From Nitrospinota bacterium (GTDB lineage: Bacteria; UBA8248): DNA of 64,000 bases. Below the pieces are notes generated by a model. The model was not told where the DNA came from, made no database searches, and worked only from the letters and a program-made list of their open reading frames with translations. The stretch is taken from NCBI GenBank assembly GCA_026706735.1, contig JAPOYD010000139.1, positions 16,956-80,955 of the forward strand, written 5' to 3'. The translations under genes were made by a program, and so were the position numbers. Below are positions 20,684-30,703 of the stretch, one piece after another. Positions within the stretch are counted from its first letter, which is position 1. The number at the start of each line of letters is the position of its first letter.

Positions 20684-21817
20684 TCAAATTCTCCCGGACG
20701 CGAGGGCGGCGCCCTCGGCCAGGGCCGCCAGCTTGACGTAGACGATGTCGGGATCGACCGCCCCGAAGCCGGCGAAGGTCCCGAACCCACAGTCGGTTCC
20801 GGCGATGACCCGCTCGGGGCCCACGAGCTCCACGAAGCGCCCGATGCGCTGCGCGATGAGCTCTGGATGCTCCACGAAGTTGCTCGTCGTGTCGATGACG
20901 CCGGGCACGAGGATCATATCGTCGGGTATCTCGTCCCGCCGGTCGCGGAATACGGTCCATTCGTGCTCGTGCCGCGGGTTGGCGTTCTCGAACAGGACGT
21001 AGCGCGCGCGGGCCGACATCAGGGCCGAGAACACGTGATCCAGCCCGACGTCGCACACGTGGGGCCCCTCGTAGTTTCCCCAGCAGATGTGGACCCGCAC
21101 CCGCGCCGGGTCGGCGTCGCGCAGGGCGTGGTTCAGCACTTCGATGTTGGCCGCCGCGATCTCGCCGAACTCCGCGTCGGAGCGATCCTCGTAGAGCACG
21201 TGGCGCGCGAGGCCTAAGTCCGGGCAGTCGAGCTGGAGGTCGAAGCCCGCCGCGAGGATCGCGTCGTACTCCGACTTCATCGCGAAGGCCAAGGCTTCCA
21301 GGTAGGCATCGCGCGAGGGGTAGTAGGCGTTCGGCATGAACAGCGCAATGACGCCCGGCGACGCCGCGTTCAGGAATCCGCGCTCCGCACCATGCGCCGC
21401 CATCGCGCTCTTCATATTGGCGATGTCGGCCCTGAGTTCGGCGTCGTCCTTAGGCGCGACCGGCCCGGTGCAGCGCGGGCGGACGAGCTTCGGCGTGCCG
21501 CCTTCGCGCGCGAGGCGCTCGAGATAGCGCGGGAAGAGCTTGAGATCCCCCGGCACGGCCCGCTCGCTTTGGCCGGAGAAGCCGGTGTAGCGGTTCTTGA
21601 CGTAGGTGGTGTAGGAAATCTTGGACGTCTCGCCGTCCGAGACGATGTCGACCCCGGCCTCGACCTGCCGGCGAACCGTCTCCGCGCACTCCTCCGCCAT
21701 GCAGGCGGCGAACTCGTCCGGGTCGTAGGCCTCGCCCCGGTCGCGGGCGAAGAGAAGATCGAGCGCCCGCTCGCTTCTGGGAAGCGACCCGACGTGGGTG
21801 GTGGCGATGCGCGTCAT
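20684..21817 (-). CDS. cobalamin-independent methionine synthase (MetE) C-terminal-domain-like protein (UROD/MetE superfamily)
   Basis: 377 aa; MTRIATTHVGSLPRS start and Zn-ligand-type blocks typical of MetE-like methyltransferases. Confidence 0.65.
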   Translation of the reverse strand: MTRIATTHVGSLPRSERALDLLFARDRGEAYDPDEFAACMAEECAETVRRQVEAGVDIVSDGETSKISYTTYVKNRYTGFSGQSERAVPGDLKLFPRYLERLAREGGTPKLVRPRCTGPVAPKDDAELRADIANMKSAMAAHGAERGFLNAASPGVIALFMPNAYYPSRDAYLEALAFAMKSEYDAILAAGFDLQLDCPDLGLARHVLYEDRSDAEFGEIAAANIEVLNHALRDADPARVRVHICWGNYEGPHVCDVGLDHVFSALMSARARYVLFENANPRHEHEWTVFRDRRDEIPDDMILVPGVIDTTSNFVEHPELIAQRIGRFVELVGPERVIAGTDCGFGTFAGFGAVDPDIVYVKLAALAEGAALASGRI

Positions 21818-21848
21818 GAGGCTCTCCTCCTCGTCCGGGCGGGCGGGA

Positions 21849-23273
21849 CTAGATGAACTTCCACGGGCTGTAGAGCGGCACCTTGCTCCTCTTCATGACC
21901 CCTTTCGCCAGGCGACTGATCCGCTCCACGACTTCCGTCTCGTCTATCGACTTGACCTCGCGGTTCTCCATCACGAACTTCCCGTCGACCATGACGCTCT
22001 CGCAGCTGTTCCCCTGGGCGGAATAGACGAAATTCTGGAGTTCGTTGTAGAGGGGGACCCAGTCCGGCCGCTTCATGTCGAAGATGGCGACGTCGGCCTT
22101 CTTGCCCGGCTCGAGGGAGCCGATTTCCCGCTCCATGTTCATCGCCCTCGCGCCGTTGATGGTCGCCATCTCGATGGCCTTCTCAGCACTCCCCGCGGCC
22201 GGGTCGTAGCGGTAGTCCTTGGGCGTCGCCGCCGCCAGATACATGAGGCGCACCATGTCGTTGAAGTTCGAGCAGTCCGACGCGTCGGTGCCGATGGCGA
22301 CGTTGACGCCCGCCTCCATCATCTCCGGGAACTTCCCGAAGGCGGACAGGCCGTAGCTGATCTTCATGGCGGTGCTCGGACAGTGCAAAACGTTCGTCCC
22401 CGTCCTGGCGAGAAGCCCGATCTCCTTGGCGCTCACGTGGACCATGTGGGTGAGGGCCACGTTCTTTCCGAGGACGCCGATGTCGTAGAGGTGTTCGATG
22501 GGGCGGGCGCCGTTCATGCTCAGGCTCTCCTGGACGTTCTCGATCATGTTGGCCTGGTGCATGTGCAGGATGGTCCTGTACTTATCGGCCATCTCCTTGG
22601 ATTTGACGTAAAGCCTGTCCGAGCAGCGCCCCATCCCGACGACGACGACGCAGGGCTTCACGAGCCCTACCCCGCCCCGGTAGTCCTTCATGAACTTCTC
22701 GTTCTCGTTCAGGCATTTCCGGGTGCTATCGACCAGCATGTCGTGGCCCTGGCTCACCATATCGAAGGACCTGCGGCCCATCAGGCCCCGCATTCCGATG
22801 CGAGAGACGCCTTCGATGACGGGGCCGATGTTGTAGGAGCCCGCCTCGAGGAAGGTCGTCACCCCGGTCTTCAGGGTTTCGACCAGGATACCGAGGCCGC
22901 CCCATATCTCGTCCTCCGCATTCACGATGGTGGCGACCTTGCGGTGGACGAAGTCGGACCACGGCATCCCTGCCAGCGTCTCGGGCGAGAGTCCCCGGTG
23001 CATGTGGTGGTAGAAGTGGATGTGCGCGTTGATGAGGCCGGGGGTGACGAGCTTCATTGTGGCGTCGTAGGTGCGTCTGGCCTCGTATTTTTTCTTAAGC
23101 GCCGATGCCTTCCCGACGTCCTTGATCCGGTTCCTCGTGATGGCGACGGCGCCGTTTCGGATGACCCTGCGCTGCGGGTCCACGGTGACGACGGTTCCGT
23201 TCTCAATCAGGACATCCACCCTGGTCTTCGCGGCCATGGCGTCCTCCCCTGCGCAGGATTTCCGTGAATTCAA
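21849..23273 (-). CDS. amidohydrolase (MTA/SAH-deaminase / chlorohydrolase / cytosine-deaminase-like branch)
   Basis: 474 aa. PGLINAHIHFYHH metal-binding HxH, HMHQ, GTDA later in the sequence. Confidence 0.85.
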   Translation of the reverse strand: MNSRKSCAGEDAMAAKTRVDVLIENGTVVTVDPQRRVIRNGAVAITRNRIKDVGKASALKKKYEARRTYDATMKLVTPGLINAHIHFYHHMHRGLSPETLAGMPWSDFVHRKVATIVNAEDEIWGGLGILVETLKTGVTTFLEAGSYNIGPVIEGVSRIGMRGLMGRRSFDMVSQGHDMLVDSTRKCLNENEKFMKDYRGGVGLVKPCVVVVGMGRCSDRLYVKSKEMADKYRTILHMHQANMIENVQESLSMNGARPIEHLYDIGVLGKNVALTHMVHVSAKEIGLLARTGTNVLHCPSTAMKISYGLSAFGKFPEMMEAGVNVAIGTDASDCSNFNDMVRLMYLAAATPKDYRYDPAAGSAEKAIEMATINGARAMNMEREIGSLEPGKKADVAIFDMKRPDWVPLYNELQNFVYSAQGNSCESVMVDGKFVMENREVKSIDETEVVERISRLAKGVMKRSKVPLYSPWKFI

Positions 23274-23549
23274 CTTTTCGTTTGATAAACACTACACAAG
23301 GGGATTCGGGGTGGCAACCGAGGCGAAAGGGCAAACGCTCGAAGGGATGACGGGAAGCGCACGCCATCCCGGGGAGGGAAACCCGAGATTTCCGGTTGGG
23401 GAAAACGGTCGATAACCACCATACGCGCCACCGGAATAATTGACAGCCGAACAGATTCCTGTTTATAACTGATTCATCTGAGCAGAATAGAAAATGTCGG
23501 TTGATCCCCTGGGAGCGGAGTGCGAGTTCCCCGCGAATGAGGAGGGAGT

Positions 23550-25166
23550 TTGGGTATGGGCGAGAACGCTCGAATCGAAATCATCAACCCCATCGCCGCC
23601 GTGGCGGATGAAGGCGGCCCTGGCGAAGGCGCCGCAGTCAAGGGTCTGGACGGGCTCCGCATCGCCCTCCTCGACAACAGCATGCCCCACGCGGGCGATT
23701 TTCTGAACCACGTCGGCGAAGCCTTCGCCGAGCGGCACGACGCGAAGCTCCTGGTGCGCAAGAAGGGCTGGGCCGCCCAGGGCGCAGGCCAGGAGACGCT
23801 CGATGAGATTGCGTCTAACTGCGACGTGGCGGTAACCGGCTTCGGGGTCTGAGGGGGCTGCACGTCGTGGAGTGTCCACGACTCGGCCGAGCTCGAAAAG
23901 CGCGGCGTCCCCACCGTGGTGGTGGTGGGCAACGGCTTCGAGACGGCGGCGCGCAGCTTCGCCAAAGCCTATAAATCCCCCCACCTCCGTCTTCTCCTGG
24001 TGGACGACACCGTGGCCCACCAGGGCGGAGACGCCCTGATGCGCATCGCGCAAAGCGGCGTGGATTCGGTGGCCGCCGAATGGATGAACACAGCGAACGG
24101 AGGTGAGTCCGCAGCCGTCGCCGATGACCCCATCGAGCGGGTCCTCACGATCGCGGGAGACCCCATCGGTGCGAACGGGGCGCTCTTCGATCTGGGGGCG
24201 ACGGACGGGCTGCCCGTCATCCCCCCCACCCTGGAGATGGTGGAAAGGTTCGTGGCGGCCTCGGGCAGAAAGGGCGATGAGGTCATCGCGCGCCTCATGC
24301 CGAGGCTGGCGGACATCACCGTCGAGCGGATCGCGGCCAACGCCGTCATGGCGGGCTGCGCGCCGGGCGTCATGCCCATCCTCGTGACCGCGGTGCAGGC
24401 CATGGGGGCGGAGGAGTACCACGTCAACCACGTCATCACGACGGCGCATACCCTGTTTCCCATCGTCGTGGTGAGCGGCCCCATCGCCCGGGAGATCGGG
24501 ATGAGCGACGGGCGCGACTTGAGTTCGCAGGGCTGGGGGGTGAACGCCTCCATCGGCCGCGCGGTCAAACTGATCATGTTCAACTGCATCGGCGACCTCG
24601 AAAACCGGGGCGCCACATGCCAGGGCCATTTCGCCAAGTATTTCGACGCCATCACCGAGAACGTGGAACAAAGCCCCTGGGAGCCGCTCCACGTGGAGAA
24701 GGGTTTTTCAGAGTCCGACAGCGTGGTGACGGTGTTCACCGCCGAACCCCTCCACATGGTGGACGATCACAGCGCGCTCACCGCCCAGGGCATCCTGGGC
24801 ACATTCGGGACCGTCGCCGCCTGCTCGGGCACCCGGCCGCAGTTCGGCCGCTGCGAGATCATGCTCATCTTCGGCCCCACCCACGCGAACAAGGTCGCAG
24901 AGGCGGGGTTCGACAAGAAGCTCGTGCGCGATTTCCTCTGCGAGGTCTACCGGATTCCGGTAAATACCTTTCCTCCCGAATCACGGGAGCGCTGGAGCGA
25001 CTGGAAGCAGATGCTCTACGGGGTGAACACGATGGAGAACGCGACCCTTCCCTTCGTCGAGGAGAGGGACGACATCACCATCCTGGTGCACGGCGGCGCG
25101 GGGCCGAACTCCCTCCTGGCGCCGGGCGCGCTGAACCACCGATCCGTGACGCGGAAGATCGACTAG
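23550..25166 (+). CDS. candidate selenoprotein: UGSC-like UxxC redox domain fused to a ~420-aa uncharacterised domain; in-frame TGA at 23850-23852 read as Sec
   Basis: ORFs 23550..23852 and 23916..25166 are in the same frame, separated only by TGA; the 21 codons between are coding-like. Local translation is VTGFGV-U-GGCTSW (U-x-x-C). A hairpin starts 11 nt after the UGA. Confidence 0.55.
23861..23887 (+). promoter_or_regulatory. SECIS-like stem-loop 11 nt downstream of the in-frame UGA
   Basis: gtcgtgg-agtgt-ccacgac: 7-bp stem, apical loop contains G and U, and 2 more closing pairs after an internal loop. Confidence 0.4.
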
Positions 25167-25169
25167 ACC

Positions 25170-26204
25170 ATGCCCGAGGCGCTCCTGAGCGAACTGCCGC
25201 CCGGTGCGGAAGCCGCACTCGAAGCCGCGATGGAGGGGGGGCCGGGCGACGGCCTTCCCCTCGTTCCGCCCACGCGCAGGGCGGTCGACGCCATGCTCGG
25301 CGCCGTTCAGGAGGGCCCCCGCCACGCGCTGGGGATCATGGCGCCCGCCATGGAAGAGGTGACGGTGGGCGACGCCGCCGTCTGCGCGGTGGCGGCCGGG
25401 TGCAAGCCTTCGTATTTCCCGGTGGTTCTGGCGGCGCTCGAAGCCGTGATGGAGCCCGAGTTCAATTTTCTGGCCATCCAGGCGACCACCGAGCTCGCCT
25501 CGCCTCTGGTGATCGTCCACGGGCCGATCGCCGAGCGGTTAGGCGTGCACTCGGGCAGTGGATGCCTGGGGCCGGGCTTCCGGGCGAACGCCGCGATCGG
25601 CCGCGCCGTCCGCCTGGCCGCCGTAAGGCTGGGAATGGCGGTTCCCGGCGAGACCGACATGGCGACTTTCGGACACGGCGGGAAGTTCTCCGCCTGTTTC
25701 GCCGAGGCGGTCTGCGGCTGGGAGCCGCTCCACGCGACGCGGGGGTTTCGCGCCGAGCAGAGCGCGGTGACGGTGGTGGGCGCGGATGCGCCTGTGAACG
25801 TGAACGATTACGCGAGCGGCAGTGCGGAGAGCGTGCTGCGCATGATAGCCGGCACGATGGCCTATCCCGGCTCGAACAACGCCCAGGGCGGCGGGGAGGT
25901 GCTCCTCGTCATCAGCCCCCAGCACCTGGGTCTCCTCGTCTCGGGCGGCATGGATCGGATGGATGTGCAGCGCGCGCTGTTCGAGGGCGCGCGCGTGCCC
26001 ATGAAGCGTTTTTCGCCCGAGATAGCCGAGCGCGTGCGGGGCAGGCGGCCGGGGCTTTTTACAGACGCCGAACCCGATGCCGTGCCGGTGGCGGACGGGC
26101 CGGCGAGCATTCTCATCGCCGTGGCCGGGGGGCCGGGGAGCCACACGCTGTTCTTTCCGACCTACGGCGAGACCCGGGCGGTCACGAAGCCTGTACGCGG
26201 CTAG
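25170..26204 (+). CDS. uncharacterised protein, paralog of the C-terminal domain of the candidate selenoprotein
   Basis: Aligns with 23916..25166 over shared blocks (DGLP[VL][IV]PPT, VMAGCAPG/VAAGCKPS, NA[SA]IGRAV[KR]L, GWEPLH). Same frame as the upstream gene, TAG stop, 3-nt gap. Confidence 0.6.
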   Translation: MPEALLSELPPGAEAALEAAMEGGPGDGLPLVPPTRRAVDAMLGAVQEGPRHALGIMAPAMEEVTVGDAAVCAVAAGCKPSYFPVVLAALEAVMEPEFNFLAIQATTELASPLVIVHGPIAERLGVHSGSGCLGPGFRANAAIGRAVRLAAVRLGMAVPGETDMATFGHGGKFSACFAEAVCGWEPLHATRGFRAEQSAVTVVGADAPVNVNDYASGSAESVLRMIAGTMAYPGSNNAQGGGEVLLVISPQHLGLLVSGGMDRMDVQRALFEGARVPMKRFSPEIAERVRGRRPGLFTDAEPDAVPVADGPASILIAVAGGPGSHTLFFPTYGETRAVTKPVRG

Positions 26205-26384
26205 GCGAACGATACGGGCGAGAGAAAAGAAAAGGGAATTGAATTCATAACGAGGGGGTGTAGCCGGACAACCCCTCATCGGGGTTGTCCGGCCCTCCGT
26301 GGTTGTCCTTTTGCAGGATGGTTACAATCAGGACAGGCACGGAGGCCTCGGACAGGCACAGAGACCTGTCCGCTACAAAACCAA

Positions 26385-26420
26385 CCCCCCTACCCCCCCT
26401 TAACAGGGGGGTAAAGGCGA
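26385..26420. repeat. half copy of the G/C-tract palindromic element
   Basis: aacccccctacccccccttaacagggggg. Confidence 0.6.
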
Positions 26421-26494
26421 TGCCCCCCGACGAGGGGTTATTCAACACCCCCTGGCGGGGGAATGATGAATTCAACGGGTAGATTCTTTATCAA

Positions 26495-27904
26495 TTGACT
26501 GGCAAGAAGGAGACACCGATGGCGGACAGGAGCAACGTCGACGTTCTCGTAGTCGGAGCGGGCATGGCCGGGGTGTGCGCCGCCATCGCCGCGGCGCGGG
26601 GCGGCGCGCGGACGGTCCTCACGGACCGCTACGCCTTCCTGGGGGGCAACGCGACCGCGGGCCTTCTCGGCAACTTCCTCACCTTCCACAACATGAAGGG
26701 GGAGCAGATCTGCGACGGTATCCCCCAGGAGATCGTGGACGAGCTCATCAAGCTGGGCGGCGCCTTTCCCGAGGGCCACCTCCACAACGCTTACGGCAAC
26801 TCCTACTCCGTAACGCCCCAGGACGGCGAGGTGCTCAAGCTCGTGAACCAGAAGCTCTGCCTGGAGGCGGGCGTGGACCTGGTGCTGAACACCTACACGA
26901 TCGGACCCATCATGGACGGCGACCGGGTGGCCGGGGCGCGCATCGTGAACAAGAGCGGGGAGAGCGAGATCCGCGCGCAAGTCGTCATCGACGCGAGCGG
27001 GGACGCGGACATCGCCGCGCAGGCGGGCGCGCCCTTCCATCTCGGTGATGAAGAGGGGAAGATGATGTCCATCAGCCTCTTCTCGCGGATGGGGAACGTG
27101 GACCTTGACCGCCACATCCAGCACGTGAAGGAGAACCCCTACAACTTCATGCTCGGCGAGGACCCCTACATCGGGAAGAGCCGCGAGGAGATCGCTGCAG
27201 GGCTCCGCACCCACAAGGACTACCCCCTCGTGACCGGCTACTACGAGTCGGTCAAGCTCGCCCAGTCGCGCGGTGAATTTCACCCGAACCGCCAGCGGGT
27301 GGTGTTTTCCATCACCACCATCCCCGGCGTCGTCACCATCAACTCAACGAGCATGCTGGGCTACAGCGGAATCGACAACGACGATCTGAACCAGGTCGCC
27401 ATCGAGGGCCGCGAGCAGGTATTCAAGGTGCGCGATTTCTACCGCAAATACGCCCCCGGCTTCGAGGAGTGCTACGTGGTGGATTCGGCCTCGGCCATCG
27501 GCGTCCGAGAGACGCGCCGCATCATCGGGGAGGAGACCCTCACGGATGAGGACTGCATCGAGGCGCGCAAGGGACCGCGCGACATCGGCCAGGGGGCCTA
27601 CTGCCTGGACGTCCACCAGCCCACCGGCGTGATCGAGCACAAGCACGTCAGGGACGGCGAGGCCTACGGCATTCCCTACGGCGTCATGCTTCCCCAGAAG
27701 ATCGAAAACTGCCTCGTGGCGGGCCGGCCCGTCTCGAGCGATCGCTTCGCGAACGGCTCCGTGCGCAACCAGGCCCACATCATGACCATCGGGCAGGCGG
27801 CGGGTACGGCGGCGGCCATGTGCGTGGAGCGCAGGACGACCCCGCACGAGCTGCCGGTCGAGCCGCTGCGGGAGAAGCTTCGCCAGGATGGAGCGGTCGT
27901 GTGA
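26495..27904 (+). CDS. FAD-dependent oxidoreductase (PF12831-like)
   Basis: N-terminal dinucleotide-binding motif VDVLVVGAGMAGVCAAIAAARGG. 469 aa. Confidence 0.75.
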   Translation: MTGKKETPMADRSNVDVLVVGAGMAGVCAAIAAARGGARTVLTDRYAFLGGNATAGLLGNFLTFHNMKGEQICDGIPQEIVDELIKLGGAFPEGHLHNAYGNSYSVTPQDGEVLKLVNQKLCLEAGVDLVLNTYTIGPIMDGDRVAGARIVNKSGESEIRAQVVIDASGDADIAAQAGAPFHLGDEEGKMMSISLFSRMGNVDLDRHIQHVKENPYNFMLGEDPYIGKSREEIAAGLRTHKDYPLVTGYYESVKLAQSRGEFHPNRQRVVFSITTIPGVVTINSTSMLGYSGIDNDDLNQVAIEGREQVFKVRDFYRKYAPGFEECYVVDSASAIGVRETRRIIGEETLTDEDCIEARKGPRDIGQGAYCLDVHQPTGVIEHKHVRDGEAYGIPYGVMLPQKIENCLVAGRPVSSDRFANGSVRNQAHIMTIGQAAGTAAAMCVERRTTPHELPVEPLREKLRQDGAVV

Positions 27905-27956
27905 CCGCTTCTTGGAATTTGCATCATCCGATCACCCAGAAAAGGGAGGAGAAACG

Positions 27957-29228
27957 ATGAAACGTTCCAGACGCTGGCTGTGCCTTATCGCCGTAGCCGC
28001 CCTCGTAGCGGGGTTAGCACTTCCCGCCGCGGCGGCCAAGACGGTCACGCTCCTCATCCACCCGACCCTGTTCAAGGCGGGGGGCGGGCCTAAGGGCGTC
28101 GTGGCCGACCTCGAGAAGGAAAAAGGCATCAAGGTGACCGTGGTGACCACCCCCTTCGGGAAGATCAAGGACAAGGCGGTGCTCTCCTTCGCAGCCGGAG
28201 GCGGGCAGTTTGACGTGGTGTCCTGGGTGGGCCCATGGGTCACCGAGGAAACGATAGGCTTCCTGGAGCCGCTGGACAAGTACATCAAGAGCGCGCCCAA
28301 GGGCTATGCCTACGGGGACATCATCCCCGCCCTGTCGAATATCACCCGCTTTCCAAAGCCTGACGGGCCCGCCTACGGCGTTCCCTACCGGACGGGAACG
28401 GGCATCGTCTACTACCGAAAGGACCTCTTCGCGGCGGCCAAACTCTCGATTCCCAAGACGTGGGATGAGTTCCTCGCCGCGGCCGAGAAGCTGAACCAGC
28501 CCGGCAAGGTCTACGGCGTCGTCCAGCGCGGAAAGCCGGGCGTCCACGTGGAGCAGGATTTCCTGCGCTATCTCCACAGCTCGGGCCACGGCGTACTCTC
28601 GGCCGACAACAAGACCTGCCTGCTGGATCGCGCCGATTCGATCAAGCTGCTCGAGGTTTTCGGAAAACCCTTCCACAGCGGCTGGTCCCCGCCCGACATG
28701 CTGGCCTGGGGCCGGGACGAATACCGCACCGCCATGATGCAGGGCCGCGCGGCCATGGGGGTTTACTTCTCCCCCTACTGGGGCCTGATGACCAACCCCA
28801 AGAAGGCCAAAACGGCCGACAAGCTGGGCTGGTTCCTCGTTCCCTCGATGGACGGGAAGAACCGCGGCGCTACCCTGAACGGCGGCTGGCACCTCATCAT
28901 GGACAAGAAGAGCAAGAACAAGGCGGCGGCTTGGGAACTCATCATGGCGCTCACCAACAAAAAGAACCAGCTCCGCGGCGCCCTGTACTGGGCGAACGGA
29001 CCCGTCCGCAGTTCGGTCTACACCAACGCGGACTATCTGAAAAAATTCCCGGTGGCGAAGGCGTGGCTGACCGCCATCAGCCGCGGCAGCGGCGAAGCCC
29101 AGCATCCGCGCGCCGCGGAGATCAGCGACGTCACCTCGAAGGAAGTCATCAACTTCCTGCAGAAGAAGAAGAGCGCCAAGCAGGCCATGGGGGACGCCTG
29201 CAAGCAGATCAACGCGGTCATCAAGTAG
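27957..29228 (+). CDS. ABC transporter substrate-binding protein (carbohydrate-type, SBP family 1)
   Basis: RBS aagggagga then ATG 27957. Signal peptide MKRSRRWLCLIAVAALVAGLALPAAA. 423 aa. Confidence 0.85.
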   Translation: MKRSRRWLCLIAVAALVAGLALPAAAAKTVTLLIHPTLFKAGGGPKGVVADLEKEKGIKVTVVTTPFGKIKDKAVLSFAAGGGQFDVVSWVGPWVTEETIGFLEPLDKYIKSAPKGYAYGDIIPALSNITRFPKPDGPAYGVPYRTGTGIVYYRKDLFAAAKLSIPKTWDEFLAAAEKLNQPGKVYGVVQRGKPGVHVEQDFLRYLHSSGHGVLSADNKTCLLDRADSIKLLEVFGKPFHSGWSPPDMLAWGRDEYRTAMMQGRAAMGVYFSPYWGLMTNPKKAKTADKLGWFLVPSMDGKNRGATLNGGWHLIMDKKSKNKAAAWELIMALTNKKNQLRGALYWANGPVRSSVYTNADYLKKFPVAKAWLTAISRGSGEAQHPRAAEISDVTSKEVINFLQKKKSAKQAMGDACKQINAVIK

Positions 29229-29361
29229 GGCGTCTGGGGAATAGAGGGTTTGTAGGGACAGGCCCCCGTGCCTGTCCCTGTCAAGCGTAACCAAGGAGAT
29301 GGATATATCCGATACGGGCGGCCACGGGGGGCCGCCCCTACGGGTGAATGCGCTTTTGTTC

Positions 29362-29491
29362 GTCATTCCGGCGGATGCCGGAATCCAGGGACTTTGTTTT
29401 TGTATTTGTCTTTTCGCTTTATCGTTTTTCTTGGTCTTCCTGCGATTCGGTATCCCCGTCTGCTCTGGATTCCGGCATCCGCCGGAATGAC
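29362..29491. repeat. MITE-like 130-bp element: 27-bp terminal inverted repeats gtcattccggcggatgccggaatccag flanking an AT-rich 76-bp core
   Basis: Left arm 29362-29388 is the exact reverse complement of right arm 29465-29491. Confidence 0.75.
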
Positions 29492-29713
29492 GGCGGTGGT
29501 CAATTCCGAATGACGAGGGATGGGAAGGTTGTTTCCCCGCGTCCCTCGATACGGCCCTTGCGGGCCTACTCGGGATGAGGGTGCTTTTATTTTTCCTCAC
29601 CCTGAGTAGCCGCGTAGCGGCGTATCGAAGGGTACTCCCGATACGCCCCATTTGACCCTCCCTCCTCGGTCGGGTCAAACCCTCGATACGGCGCGCAAGC
29701 GCGCCTGCTCGGG

Positions 29714-30700
29714 ATGAGGCGGGTTGAAGGTGCGTCCGGCACAGAGGCCGGCGGAGGAACGGAGAGGATCGTGAATACCGGAGCCGTTCAGGAAACGGCG
29801 CGGCGGGGGAGCCGGGCTTGGCTCACCCCCGCGAGAAAACAGGCGCTGGCGCCCTACCTGCTCATGTCGCCCGCCTTCGCCATACTCACCGGAATCCTGG
29901 TCTATCCCTCGCTTTACAACATCTATCTCTCCATGTGGAAATGGCGTCTCACAACGCCGCATCTTTCCACCTTCGTCGGCATCGACAACTACGTTCGCCT
30001 GCTCACGGCCGACCCCGACTTCTGGCCGGTGACGCGCTTCAGCCTGGGCTTCACCGTGGCCACCATCGCCCTGGAATTCATCATCGGGGTGGCGAGCGCC
30101 TTGCTGCTCTACGGCTTGGTGCGCGGCAGGCGGCTCATGACGTCCTTTCTACTCACCCCCTACATGGTCGCCCCCATCGCCGTGGGCCTCGGCTGGCGGC
30201 TCATGTGGGACCGCGATATCGGCATCGTGAACTACATCATCACCTTCGTGGGGCTCGCCAAGGTGAACTGGCTCGCCGAGACCGACGCCGCTTTCTGGGC
30301 CATCGTGATCTCAGAAGTCTGGCGCTCGACGCCCTTCGTCACCATGATCCTCCTGGCGGGCATCACGGCGCTTCCCAACGAGGTGTTCGAGGCCGCCCAC
30401 GTGGACGGCGCGAACCGGGTGCAGGTGTTCCGGCGGATCACCTTTCCGCTCATCCTTCCCCCGCTGGTGGTGGCGCTGCTCTTCCAGACCATCTTCAAGC
30501 TGCGGGTGTTCGAGATACCCTACATCCTCACCGAGGGAGGGCCGGGCACGTCCACCATGCCCTACGGCCTGCTCATCCAGCGCACTTATTTCCGTTATTT
30601 CGACGTGGGCAACGCGGCGGCCACCTCGGTCGTCCTCCTCGTGCTCGGCACGGGGATCGCGCTCGCCTACCTGCGGCTCATCCAGGACAGGGACGGCTAG
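29714..30700 (+). CDS. carbohydrate ABC transporter permease (MalF/UgpA-like); start uncertain
   Basis: 6 TM helices; EAA-type loop (EAAHVDGANRVQVFRRITFPL). Confidence 0.85.
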   Translation: MRRVEGASGTEAGGGTERIVNTGAVQETARRGSRAWLTPARKQALAPYLLMSPAFAILTGILVYPSLYNIYLSMWKWRLTTPHLSTFVGIDNYVRLLTADPDFWPVTRFSLGFTVATIALEFIIGVASALLLYGLVRGRRLMTSFLLTPYMVAPIAVGLGWRLMWDRDIGIVNYIITFVGLAKVNWLAETDAAFWAIVISEVWRSTPFVTMILLAGITALPNEVFEAAHVDGANRVQVFRRITFPLILPPLVVALLFQTIFKLRVFEIPYILTEGGPGTSTMPYGLLIQRTYFRYFDVGNAAATSVVLLVLGTGIALAYLRLIQDRDG

Positions 30701-30703
30701 GCG

